A stretch of DNA of 64,000 nt from a virus (IMGVR_UViG_3300049712_000011:4365-68364); one strand, 5' to 3'; positions 46,886-56,151 are shown, numbered from the stretch's first letter. The notes: generated from the letters alone by a model not told the origin. Numbers and translations: made by a program.

Positions 46886-48841
46886 ATGGCCTACAAAATT
46901 AGTTTACCACTACTCAATCGCTACGTTAAATACTTCAACGCGTTGGAGAAAGCCGGCATCAAATTTGAGATCCAAGTCAACCATCAGTACGACTACGGCT
47001 CCAATAACTACGGTGCAGCATTTACTCCTATCATCAAGGACATTACAGGGTTCGATGCACTATCCAAGATCTGGGAAGCCAGCACTTCTGCCGTCAAGGT
47101 AGCTCACATTACCGACTTCAAAGGTCTGCGAGACTTGTACCAAAAGCCAAATGCAGCACCAGTCACAGCAGAGCTATACAAGAAGACCAACCCTACAGTT
47201 AAGTTCTTTGCAGAGGAAGTGTTTACAGCACAGTCTCAACTCGGAGTTTACGTGCTTACAGAAGCACCTGTTGAGACGAGAATTGGGGAACATACTTATC
47301 GTGTCTGTTGTACAACTGGTGATTACTACAATGCAGAAATCATCTACTGTGCTCCTGAAACGAATAACTACTTCAACTACATTGACAAGGGACACGTCAT
47401 TGTAACCGCTTCAGCTCCGGATAAACCGGAATCGTATATGTTCGTAACCAATATGATGACATTGGATATGAACTATATTCTCGCCGCTTTTGCTACGTAT
47501 CCAGAATGCATTAAGGACATCCTTCAAGCAAACGGTACGTTCATTCAAGCTAAAGATGCACGCACTAATCTACTTAAGGTAGAGCGGGCTATTCCTGCTA
47601 AGTTCCAGGAAGCCTATCAGAAACTCAAGGCCGGCGTTCAAGCTGACTTCGAGAAGAATGCGCAAAACGTGATGATTGGTAAGCTCACTCGTAGTGAAGC
47701 TCCATTCGTCGAACTAAACAACTGTCGTATTTCACGCACCCGCGCTACATACGAACACGTCTCTATCGAGGCTAATAACCTCGCGGAAGTTGTCTTCGCT
47801 TCGCTAAACCCAAATGAAGAGTGGGACATTTTCACACTGATTAACATCTATACTGACTGGGTGGAGAATCAGTTTAAATCCTTGCCGCTTAACGCGGATG
47901 GTACTGGATTCAAGGAAAAGAAGACCTTCGAATTCAAGATCAACGACATTACACTAAAGGTTGCTTGTGCTACTACGAACACTCGCCGATCTGTTAACGA
48001 CACACTTATTAACGTTGATGAGTTGTCGAAAGTAATGCGCCGTGCTTCTTGCTATGAGAAAGAAGAAGACTATAACAACTTTGTCAAAGAGGTTGGTCGT
48101 ATCTCTCTCTATGCTCGCGACATTCTAGCGAACGGCTTGCCAGTGAAAACTATCTATCTGGATACTGACCAGAATAGCTATGGCAAGAATGCAACCCAAC
48201 GCCACCCTAAACTTAGGTTCGTCAAGAAGCAGAAAACTAAAGGTTCCGCTGATGAAACTGGTTACTACCTTGTTGTCAGACACTTGGACAAGGAAGGGAA
48301 AGCTACGAAGACCACTGAGCGCCGTATCGGTAAGTTCATTGAGTTTATTCGTAAAGTAGAGCCAATCAACAAGAGGCATCATGTTGGTTATACCGGATAC
48401 TACCAGCGTACACACGAAGGTGGTTACGAGTATAAGGATGGTCGTGCTAACGAGTGTGCCGTCGAGCTGTTGAAGCTGATGGAGCAATACGTTACAGGAC
48501 TTGACGACGATGATAAGAAAGTAATCATCGGATCAATCAACAAGGAGCGTTCTGAGGCTGAGAAGAAGTCTGAGGAACTCTTGCAGCTGGCCTGTAAGGC
48601 AGTTGGAGCCGTTAAGAAAGAGCGTAATGGCAAATCTGGCTATCGAGTGCCAGGCACTAAGCGCAACTACTTTGTCGAAGAAGATAGCTTGCGTGTGTAC
48701 GATGACGACACCAGCCAATACTACTGCGTAGTTAATAAAGGCAATCCCGATGCACAAGGTGTCGGTAAAGACGCACTAGTAACCCGCTTGTACGCGCTAC
48801 ACAATGACTCGATGGTGGCCCATTTGATCACCACCCTCTAA
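46886..48841 (+). CDS. large hypothetical protein of the Ubl operon (E2/ligase or substrate candidate)
   Basis: 651 aa from ATG 46886; C-terminal YYCVV...RLYALHND. Confidence 0.6.
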   Translation: MAYKISLPLLNRYVKYFNALEKAGIKFEIQVNHQYDYGSNNYGAAFTPIIKDITGFDALSKIWEASTSAVKVAHITDFKGLRDLYQKPNAAPVTAELYKKTNPTVKFFAEEVFTAQSQLGVYVLTEAPVETRIGEHTYRVCCTTGDYYNAEIIYCAPETNNYFNYIDKGHVIVTASAPDKPESYMFVTNMMTLDMNYILAAFATYPECIKDILQANGTFIQAKDARTNLLKVERAIPAKFQEAYQKLKAGVQADFEKNAQNVMIGKLTRSEAPFVELNNCRISRTRATYEHVSIEANNLAEVVFASLNPNEEWDIFTLINIYTDWVENQFKSLPLNADGTGFKEKKTFEFKINDITLKVACATTNTRRSVNDTLINVDELSKVMRRASCYEKEEDYNNFVKEVGRISLYARDILANGLPVKTIYLDTDQNSYGKNATQRHPKLRFVKKQKTKGSADETGYYLVVRHLDKEGKATKTTERRIGKFIEFIRKVEPINKRHHVGYTGYYQRTHEGGYEYKDGRANECAVELLKLMEQYVTGLDDDDKKVIIGSINKERSEAEKKSEELLQLACKAVGAVKKERNGKSGYRVPGTKRNYFVEEDSLRVYDDDTSQYYCVVNKGNPDAQGVGKDALVTRLYALHNDSMVAHLITTL

Positions 48842-48857
48842 AGATCAATAATTACAT

Positions 48858-49418
48858 ATGGCATTTAAGACTAATATAGCAAACGAGACCATTCTCGAAC
48901 AGACCGCAGACATTACAAAGCTTGTCGACCAACTTGGCGTTGTATCCAAGGCTATCGATAAACTGCAAGTCGAAGAGGAGAAGCTTAAGACAACTCTTAA
49001 GACCCAAGCTAAAGAGGCTTGGTTTACTTACAACTTTGAGACCTATCAAGGTCCTCAACACACGTTTGACCAAAGTGGCCGCAATTTCATTGCGCAGATC
49101 AACTTTGAGAACTCGTACTTCCTGAATAAGGAGCGATTCACCCAGCTTCAGCCGTTGATTGTTGAGGACGCCTGGCTTATTGAGGCATTCCAGGAGCAAC
49201 CAGTCGTGAACATCAACGTTCATGAGCTGGAGCCTGAAGAGCGTACGGAATTCTATAAAGCTATCAAAGAAGTCTGCGACGACTTTGGTGTGCAGGGATT
49301 CGTAGATGAGAAGTACGTTGTGGACCCGGAATTCCATAATCAACGCCACGAACTGCTACCTGCAGTGAACAAGGCGATTGACGCTATCCTTCCGGTTAAG
49401 ATCGCAGTAACTATCTAA
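48858..49418 (+). CDS. hypothetical protein (Ubl operon)
   Basis: 186 aa, N-terminal coiled coil. Confidence 0.6.
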   Translation: MAFKTNIANETILEQTADITKLVDQLGVVSKAIDKLQVEEEKLKTTLKTQAKEAWFTYNFETYQGPQHTFDQSGRNFIAQINFENSYFLNKERFTQLQPLIVEDAWLIEAFQEQPVVNINVHELEPEERTEFYKAIKEVCDDFGVQGFVDEKYVVDPEFHNQRHELLPAVNKAIDAILPVKIAVTI

Positions 49419-49428
49419 AATCAAAATT

Positions 49429-49776
49429 ATGGACCGTGATGACCTAGTTTTCGCAACATGTCACCAGATTGGTGGACTAATCAAAGAAAGCTGGGATGAC
49501 GCGTTGAGCCATGATGCGGTGTACGGAGGTCTGATACTGCTTACAGCGGTTGACGACCCCGACACCAACATGGACAACAAGGCACTCACCATTGCTAAGT
49601 TAGAGCTAGCAATCCGAGCGTTTAAAGCGATTATCTCGTATTCAGACGACTGGAAAGACGACGAGGCAGAGATGCTCAAGAAAGAGATGCTCAGTCGAAT
49701 CAGAAACTATGAACGAAGAAGCAAACAACTCACTAGACCGCTCATTGACCTTGGCAATCTTGAGCTGCACACCTGA
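49429..49776 (+). CDS. hypothetical protein (Ubl operon)
   Basis: 115 aa ORF. Confidence 0.55.
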   Translation: MDRDDLVFATCHQIGGLIKESWDDALSHDAVYGGLILLTAVDDPDTNMDNKALTIAKLELAIRAFKAIISYSDDWKDDEAEMLKKEMLSRIRNYERRSKQLTRPLIDLGNLELHT

Positions 49777-50227
49777 ACTCAAAGAAGAGGAAGGTGGATT
49801 CATCATCAAGCAAATCGACTCCGAGGAGTACGAGTTTCATAAAATCCGCAATGCCAATACAGGCAACAAGGTAGCTCGTGTACTCTATACAGTGGATCGA
49901 GAAACGGTCGATAACAACGAATTCGTGGAGAAGATCTTAAAGAAGACCATGCTGGCTAAGAAACCAGAATGGGAGATCTTCGCAAGTTTCCACACACATC
50001 CAAGCGGGTTTGGCCCATTCCCGAGTCAATTGGATCTTACAGAACTCTTCAGGGGCCATCCTACTAACTTCATCTACTCTCCAGACATGGACATGTTGAT
50101 GCGGTATGACTTCGATAAGGAACAAAATCAATGGCAAGCAAAACAGATAAACCCGAATCAAAATCAAAAATCATCAAGCCCACAAAACTCGCTATCGCCG
50201 GAGCTGGCGGTATTGGAGGTTTCGTAG
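49709..50227 (+). CDS. JAB/MPN+ metalloprotease
   Basis: EEGGFII and FHTHPSGFGPFPSQLD (E...HxH...SxxD JAMM motif). Confidence 0.85.
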   Translation: MNEEANNSLDRSLTLAILSCTPELKEEEGGFIIKQIDSEEYEFHKIRNANTGNKVARVLYTVDRETVDNNEFVEKILKKTMLAKKPEWEIFASFHTHPSGFGPFPSQLDLTELFRGHPTNFIYSPDMDMLMRYDFDKEQNQWQAKQINPNQNQKSSSPQNSLSPELAVLEVS

Positions 50228-50766
50228 CCTCAGGTATCTTCAACTACGGAGCGATTCGTAATCAATTTGATTATGCCGGGATGACAGTCGATATCTTCGA
50301 CGACGATATCGTTGATGCGAGCAACCTGCTCCATCAAAACTATACAGAGGATGATATTGGTCAATACAAAGCCAAGCTTTGCGCGGATCGATATGCCATG
50401 AACCCCATGCTGAGGTTTATGGAACAGAAGGACTTCAAGAACTACGAGGTTATCTTCTCCTGTGTGGACAGCATGAAGTTCCGTACTGATCTTTACAAGT
50501 ACGGTTTTGATCATCCTGAATTGTTCTGGATCGACGGCCGATGCTCTTCCCGCAACGTGGGTCTCTACAACTCCCGCTGCTCGAGGAAATCGCTCGAAGT
50601 ATCTCTGAACAACAGTGAAGAACGTCAAGGCTGCTTGCTGGCAGTTGACAAGAAAAACAAAGTGTCCCATGCTACGCCGCAAGTAATTGCAGCGATGGTA
50701 TTGCAGACATTTTTGAATTATATTCGAGGCGAAGTCCAGACAGACAAGCTCGAGATCATGATCTAA
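50131..50766 (+). CDS. E1/ThiF-family adenylating enzyme
   Basis: IAGAGGIGG, FDDDIVDASNLLHQ, KAK, FSCVDS, WIDGR, later Cys (QGCLL). Confidence 0.88.
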   Translation: MASKTDKPESKSKIIKPTKLAIAGAGGIGGFVASGIFNYGAIRNQFDYAGMTVDIFDDDIVDASNLLHQNYTEDDIGQYKAKLCADRYAMNPMLRFMEQKDFKNYEVIFSCVDSMKFRTDLYKYGFDHPELFWIDGRCSSRNVGLYNSRCSRKSLEVSLNNSEERQGCLLAVDKKNKVSHATPQVIAAMVLQTFLNYIRGEVQTDKLEIMI

Positions 50767-50774
50767 ATGCCTGT

Positions 50775-50836
50775 GGGAGTGTCGCGATAAAAAGTGACAC
50801 TCCCCATTTGACATACTCGAGCGACCGTGTTAAGTT
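50775..50836 (+). promoter_or_regulatory. hairpin terminator followed by a sigma70-like promoter
   Basis: GGGAGTGTC/GACACTCCC stem; TTGACA (50808), 17 nt spacer, TAAGTT. Confidence 0.65.
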
Positions 50837-50903
50837 GACTAAGATGACTTAATATCATCACTTTAAAATCAATTAACAATTAACATTAGAAAGACTACAT
50901 TAT

Positions 50904-51995
50904 ATGGCAATTATTCGAGCATCTAGAACCTTCGAAGGTGGCGAACTTAAACAAGGCGGTGGCTCTTACCTCAAGGCCGGAACCCGCACAATGAACTTCC
51001 GTGACAAAAGCGTAGCTCAAGGAGCATACGTCTTCGTTTTGGGTGCGTACAAAGAGGATAGCGCAGGTAATGGTGTATGGTATAAACCCCTTAAGATTCG
51101 TGCTGATTTCGGCATGGATACTAAGGAAAAGTTTCCCGTACAACAGAACTGCCCTATCGACTACTTCGCAAACAAAGTTAAGACTTATGCGCCTAACTTC
51201 GCAAAGACGGAGAAGGTTCAAAGGGATAATCGTGAAGTAACGGTTTACCCTGCGTTCGGTCGTACGACCTGGCGTGTTCTATACAATGCAGCTTGGTTTG
51301 ACAACCTTGGTGCAGGTATTCACCTCCTAGACCTTCCACAGTCTGGTGGCGCTTCAGTCATCGATGAATATGTGAGAGGTAAGCAACCAGACGGTTCTGA
51401 TAACCCTCTGATCAATGACTACAAGGCCGCTATTCCGGTCTTCATTAAGCTGGACCTTACAGCAAAGGGTCAGCCATGGAAGATCTCCGTGAAGGACGGC
51501 AAGACCTACGAACTCGATGACCAATTTGCTGATACCGATTACCTCTACAATCTTGATGAGCAAATCGTATATCCTAGCAAAGACGAGTTGATCGAGAAGC
51601 TTCGCATGGTGGTTCCAAGCGATCTCTTTAACAAGTGCATGGCAGGTTACTCTGACGGCAGTGTTAAAGTTTCGTTCAATACACCAGTATCCGCACCTAA
51701 GGCAGAGGATGATGTTCCATTTGATCCTCCAGTGCCTTCAAATCCAACGCGGCTAGCCGCTCCTGCTAACATGCCTAAGGCCTCTGTACCAGCAGCTGCA
51801 AAGCCTACAGCTACATCGGTAGCTCCAGCGTTCAACCTACCTAAAGCTGTCAAACCCGCAGCTGCTCCAGTGGTAGAGCCTCAAGCTGAAGAGGTGGTAG
51901 ATGACGATGAAGGTCTCCCAACACCTCCAGTTGCTGCTGCATCATCAGCGACTCTCGCAAAGGCAAGGGACTTCCTTAAACGCTCACAGGCCTAA
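50904..51995 (+). CDS. probable single-stranded DNA-binding protein
   Basis: CPIDYF, aromatic OB-like core, Pro/Ala linker, acidic tail; upstream of recA. Confidence 0.55.
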   Translation: MAIIRASRTFEGGELKQGGGSYLKAGTRTMNFRDKSVAQGAYVFVLGAYKEDSAGNGVWYKPLKIRADFGMDTKEKFPVQQNCPIDYFANKVKTYAPNFAKTEKVQRDNREVTVYPAFGRTTWRVLYNAAWFDNLGAGIHLLDLPQSGGASVIDEYVRGKQPDGSDNPLINDYKAAIPVFIKLDLTAKGQPWKISVKDGKTYELDDQFADTDYLYNLDEQIVYPSKDELIEKLRMVVPSDLFNKCMAGYSDGSVKVSFNTPVSAPKAEDDVPFDPPVPSNPTRLAAPANMPKASVPAAAKPTATSVAPAFNLPKAVKPAAAPVVEPQAEEVVDDDEGLPTPPVAAASSATLAKARDFLKRSQA

Positions 51996-52014
51996 TTAAC
52001 TGGGAGGCCTGGTT

Positions 52015-53247
52015 ATGAGCGTAGCTAGGCCTCCTTCTATTTATATGTCTGACGTACTGTCACAACTACTTGAGACTACCCAGAAACAATTCAAGAAGAA
52101 GTTCAAGAGCTCGGATACTGAGTTCAAGTTTGCGAAGGATGAAAAACCTCCGACAGGCTTGATCGTAGATAATCCACTCTTGGAATATATCTTGGATAGA
52201 CGATTCATTCCATATGGCCGCTTCTACCTGACTTACGGAAGGAAGAGTTCTTGCAAGACCAGTTTTTTCTTTGATCTTGCAAAAACTTTTCAACGCGCAG
52301 GTGGTGGTGTCGTATGGCTTGAAACAGAAAACGCAGCTGACCTGGATTACGCCAGGAAGCAAGGCGTAGATATCGACAAGATGGTGTTGCAACATCCTCA
52401 GAGCCTTGAGGAAGCGTTGAACCTATCTGAAATGTACATTCGTAACCTACCCAAGGTAGACCCAACAGGACAGATGCCTATGTTGATTTGTTTGGACTCT
52501 ATTGCAGGTTCAGTAACTGAGTACGAACAAGATACCACACATTCAATTACAGATATGACTCCTGGCGCACACGCTCGTTTGCTAAGCAGGTTCTACCGAG
52601 AGATGGAGCATCCGCTTGCCAATGAACGCTGTGTATTCCTTGCGCTAAACCAGCTTAAGGACAAGATTGGTGGTATGGGTGGATTCAATGGTGAGGCTCC
52701 TGAGTCTATGATGGGTGGTGAAGCTCCAAGGTTCTCTTCCACATACCAGTTCAAGATGGATTATACAGGCGCTCTTAAAGGTGCCAACTCTCACGGTGTT
52801 GAGCGTAAGTATGGTTCTACTCACAAGATGACGTGCAAGCGTAACAAGCTTGGGCGTGAAGGTAACATGCAGAACATTGAGTTCGACCTCTACATCAATG
52901 GAGGTATTGACTGGTGGACACCTCTGGTTCGAAAACTAGTGAAGGAAGAGTACACAGATATCATAGGTGGTGATGGAGCTAACTTGTCATGGAAATTACC
53001 TAATTGCACATTTGTAGATACAGATGGCGAAACCAGGTCTATTCCCACTGATGAGAAAATGACTGCTAGAGAAATGGCAGTTATGATAGCCAAGTCGGAC
53101 GCTGCTAAGGAGCACATCCGAACCGCATTTGAAATCCCGGCTCTCCCTTCTCAAGAAGAAGTTGCTGAAGTTGAAAAAGAAAGATTGACTAAGCGTACTA
53201 AAAAGAAGAAGCTGGATGACGAACCATTAAGCAGGAATGAAGAGTAA
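52015..53247 (+). CDS. recA: RecA/UvsX recombinase
   Basis: YGRKSSCKT, WLETE, CLDSIA, LNQLKDKIG, GGEAPRF, KRNK. Confidence 0.88.
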   Translation: MSVARPPSIYMSDVLSQLLETTQKQFKKKFKSSDTEFKFAKDEKPPTGLIVDNPLLEYILDRRFIPYGRFYLTYGRKSSCKTSFFFDLAKTFQRAGGGVVWLETENAADLDYARKQGVDIDKMVLQHPQSLEEALNLSEMYIRNLPKVDPTGQMPMLICLDSIAGSVTEYEQDTTHSITDMTPGAHARLLSRFYREMEHPLANERCVFLALNQLKDKIGGMGGFNGEAPESMMGGEAPRFSSTYQFKMDYTGALKGANSHGVERKYGSTHKMTCKRNKLGREGNMQNIEFDLYINGGIDWWTPLVRKLVKEEYTDIIGGDGANLSWKLPNCTFVDTDGETRSIPTDEKMTAREMAVMIAKSDAAKEHIRTAFEIPALPSQEEVAEVEKERLTKRTKKKKLDDEPLSRNEE

Positions 53248-53282
53248 ACGATATATACCAGTCAATTTTTTCAAGCCAACGA

Positions 53283-53561
53283 ATGAAATCTACGAAAAAG
53301 AATACGAACGCATCTTCAAGAAGGGAAAAGGTAAAGAATCTTCTGAAGTCAGCGAAACTTCCCAAGTCATCCTCCAAAAAGCGGGTGGCTTCAGGAAAGT
53401 CTACGGCCGCAAAGGTACCAAGTACCAGGGTTGAACCCCTAAGGGAAGGCACCATTGATATGAACAAGATGCCCTTTCCAGAACAAGCTGGATTGATCTT
53501 CAACCCACTCGGAGGTGTAAACCCCAAGTATGTAGTGGGTGCGAAAAAAGAAGGCAAGTAA
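53283..53561 (+). CDS. basic hypothetical protein (overlapped by a second plausible ORF 53237-53434)
   Basis: Lys/Ser-rich; stop 2 nt before the next start. Confidence 0.5.
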   Translation: MKSTKKNTNASSRREKVKNLLKSAKLPKSSSKKRVASGKSTAAKVPSTRVEPLREGTIDMNKMPFPEQAGLIFNPLGGVNPKYVVGAKKEGK

Positions 53562-53563
53562 TT

Positions 53564-54043
53564 ATGGATTACTACATCGGAATTGATAACGGCGTAACAG
53601 GTAGCATAGGTATCCTAAGTCCTAATGGCGAATCAAAGTTCTTCAAGACTCCTGTATACAAGGAGGCTTCCTACACCAAGGAAGAGAAGAATATTTCGCG
53701 AGTGGACGTACCAGAACTACGTAAGATTCTGGGAGGATATCCTCAAGAGCAAACCCTGGTGCTGTTGGAAAGGCCGATGGTTAATCCTAGACGATTCACC
53801 GCTTCTATGTCAGCTTTAAGAGCACTGGAAGCGACTTTAATTGTAATTGAAGAGATGGGATACACGCTTCGCTACGTAGACTCTAAGGAATGGCAGAAAG
53901 TGCTTCTTCCTAAGATTCTAGGTAGCGAAGAGCTTAAAGAGGCTTCCCTAGAGCTTGGGAAGAAACTCTACCCAGATCTTAAGTTCAAGAGCGACGCAGA
54001 TTCAATTCTGATGGCTCATTGGGCAAAACAAGCAAAGCTCTAA
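53564..54043 (+). CDS. RuvC-like Holliday junction resolvase
   Basis: YIGIDNG, LLERP, SKEWQK, ADSILMA. Confidence 0.8.
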   Translation: MDYYIGIDNGVTGSIGILSPNGESKFFKTPVYKEASYTKEEKNISRVDVPELRKILGGYPQEQTLVLLERPMVNPRRFTASMSALRALEATLIVIEEMGYTLRYVDSKEWQKVLLPKILGSEELKEASLELGKKLYPDLKFKSDADSILMAHWAKQAKL

Positions 54044-54097
54044 GTTAACTTTATTAACCCTACGACCCGGCCAGCAATGGTCGGGTTTCTTTATTTT

Positions 54098-54763
54098 ATG
54101 CCTCAAGCAGAAGTTGAAGCACACATTAATAACCTGTCCTCTGAAGACATTAAACGATACACCGACTATTGGAAAACAATTACACCAACTACACACAGAC
54201 AAGTGTGGGATCGTTGGGCATTTGCATTTCTATCAGTTCACACCTCCTGGCAAGCTAACCTGAGAGCGTACAAGAATCTAATTAAGGCAGACTACGATAA
54301 GTTGTCTGAACGAGACTACCTTAGGCAGATTATTGTAAACTCTCGAGTTGGCTTGGATAAGATGAGAACTGAAGGCATAGGGAGGTTTAAAGAAACCTTC
54401 TGGAAAGATCCTGCCTTTTGGTACAAGAAAGATAACGAAAGTTGGAGCGACTACCGAGAACGCACCATGGAGTTGTGTTACGGTCTAGGCTACGCAAAGA
54501 CTTCATTCGCTATCGAGCTTTGTTACCCAACCACCTGCGAGCTTACATGTCTCGATACACACATGTTACAACTGTATGGAGTTAAATCTAGTCCATCACC
54601 TTCTCCCAGTAAATACAAAGAACTGGAAAAACATTGGATCAACAAATGTAAGGAGAAAGAATATCCTTCATTTCAGGTTCGCAATGTTTATTGGGACAAG
54701 GTACAGGATCAGAAAGACACTAGATATTGGTCTTCTGTATTTGAAGAAAACATATGTACGTAG
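54098..54763 (+). CDS. HhH-type DNA glycosylase (8-oxoG glycosylase-like)
   Basis: GLGYAKTSF helix-hairpin-helix, CLDTHM, KYKELE. Confidence 0.65.
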   Translation: MPQAEVEAHINNLSSEDIKRYTDYWKTITPTTHRQVWDRWAFAFLSVHTSWQANLRAYKNLIKADYDKLSERDYLRQIIVNSRVGLDKMRTEGIGRFKETFWKDPAFWYKKDNESWSDYRERTMELCYGLGYAKTSFAIELCYPTTCELTCLDTHMLQLYGVKSSPSPSPSKYKELEKHWINKCKEKEYPSFQVRNVYWDKVQDQKDTRYWSSVFEENICT

Positions 54764-55047
54764 CTAATGCAGTAGAACTAACTCACCAGCCGAAGACTGA
54801 CGAACGCCTCTTTGATTGGTCTTATGTGATAGCCAATCCGGGTATATATACAGCACAGCATCAAACGCATGCTAGAATAGTTCATGTAGATCTACCTGCA
54901 AATACAAGAGACCACTCGAATAACCACTGCGTCTTTTATTTTGATGGTCACTCTTTCGAGCCAGCTAATCGACAACTGTGGTGCAAGTGTAAATTCAAAC
55001 TCTGTAATGAGCAGTTGCACGTCAGTATAATTCCTGCGGAAAACTAA
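54754..55047 (+). CDS. hypothetical protein
   Basis: 97 aa ORF. Confidence 0.5.
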   Translation: MYVANAVELTHQPKTDERLFDWSYVIANPGIYTAQHQTHARIVHVDLPANTRDHSNNHCVFYFDGHSFEPANRQLWCKCKFKLCNEQLHVSIIPAEN

Positions 55048-55057
55048 AAAAAGCTTA

Positions 55058-55086
55058 TTGACAACATTCGTTACTTTGGATAAGTT
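55058..55086 (+). promoter_or_regulatory. sigma70-like promoter heading the tRNA region
   Basis: TTGACA, 17 nt spacer, TAAGTT. Confidence 0.7.
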
Positions 55087-55096
55087 AAAGATAACG

Positions 55097-55281
55097 ATGA
55101 AATCGTCATATACAAACACAGCAGGTAGCCGCCCGGTATTAAAGCCGGGGCAGTGGGCTATTTGTGCCTACTCGTCTCTGCGACTATCCTTTAGACATGA
55201 AGGTAACGCAGTAGATAAAGTAGGTTGAGTGGGAGTATACCAAGTTTAGCCCACTCGGCCGAAAGGTAGAGTGGGTTTTTT
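55097..55281 (+). promoter_or_regulatory. attenuator-like leader: 43-codon uORF plus terminator with alternative pairings
   Basis: uORF 55097-55228; terminator AGCCCACTC/GAGTGGGTT plus T run; competing GTGGGCT (55153) and GAGTGGG (55227). Confidence 0.5.
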
Positions 55282-55287
55282 AGTTTT

Positions 55288-55432
55288 GCGGATTAACTGA
55301 CTGGGTTTTAAGCAAACTCCATCGGTACACCTGCTAGATAGATAAAGGTCTAGTATACGGGTACCTGCTTTTCCCAAGGTATTAAAAAAAGGTGATTGGT
55401 CAGGCGGTGTTATGATATTGCTTCAGAACCGC
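55288..55432 (+). ncRNA. possible structured ncRNA
   Basis: GCGG-TT/AACCGC closing stem, CTGAC/GTCAG, several internal hairpins. Confidence 0.3.
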
Positions 55433-55470
55433 GACTGGCGCTAACAAAGATAGTGAACGGACTACGTATT

Positions 55471-55710
55471 ATGCTTGATGAAGAAAATTGGTATCAAGAC
55501 TTTCAGGGAGGTCAGGTCGAACGACACTTAAATCACACCTTGAAGTTACAATCATGGAAAGTAAAATCTGGCTCCTTTCAATGCCAAGATACTGATTGTA
55601 ATCGAGTCTTCAATGTAGGTGAGTATCTTCTTCCCGTTTTCTATAAGAATTACTACCCAACGAATTTTGTATGTTCTAGTTGTAGAGGTCTTCTAAAATT
55701 AGTAACATAA
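55471..55710 (+). CDS. small Cys-containing protein
   Basis: CQDTDC...CSSC; ATG at 55471. Confidence 0.5.
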   Translation: MLDEENWYQDFQGGQVERHLNHTLKLQSWKVKSGSFQCQDTDCNRVFNVGEYLLPVFYKNYYPTNFVCSSCRGLLKLVT

Positions 55711-55716
55711 CCCTAT

Positions 55717-55791
55717 GCGGCAGTAGCTCAATGGTAGAGCACTTCCTTGCCAAGGAAGATGTTGAGGGTTCGAGTCCCTTCTGCCGCTCCA
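55717..55791 (+). tRNA. trnG: tRNA-Gly(GCC)
   Basis: Canonical cloverleaf, encoded CCA. Confidence 0.95.
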
Positions 55792-55796
55792 ATCTT

Positions 55797-55997
55797 ATGT
55801 CCAACAATTCAAAATCCAGGCGATTTCCAAATCTGGAACCTGAAAATTACGAGTATTACAAAGATGCTGATAAGCATTATGTAGAAACACACGAGTTTGG
55901 GTTACAGGAATATGATACTGAGGAACTTGCTGTAAAATTCATAAACAATTATGGATTATGGCTAGCAGCAATGGACCCTTACGATGGTCATGGATAA
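55797..55997 (+). CDS. hypothetical protein
   Basis: ATG at 55797 after tRNA-Gly. Confidence 0.5.
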   Translation: MSNNSKSRRFPNLEPENYEYYKDADKHYVETHEFGLQEYDTEELAVKFINNYGLWLAAMDPYDGHG

Positions 55998-56151
55998 ACG
56001 AATTCAACACGAGCTAAACTATATTGCCTTTTTAGAAAAGCGATTAGCTAGTTCCAACTACAAGAAGAACGTCAGCAAAGAAGAATACGAGGAGACAGAA
56101 GCTAAGCTTAAGAAAGCCAAGTTCATCCTCAAAGTTCTGAAGACTAACTAA
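55990..56151 (+). CDS. small helical protein (53 aa)
   Basis: MDKRIQHELNYIAFLEKRL...; not in ORF track. Confidence 0.5.
   Translation: MDKRIQHELNYIAFLEKRLASSNYKKNVSKEEYEETEAKLKKAKFILKVLKTN

Noticed and set aside
50131-50766. E1 as a thiamine or molybdopterin biosynthesis ThiF/MoeB
   Set aside because: No ThiS/MoaD partners with pathway genes in this window, no C-terminal Zn CxxC pair, and it is linked to a JAB protease and a capped-GG protein; this cannot be fully excluded without the rest of the genome.
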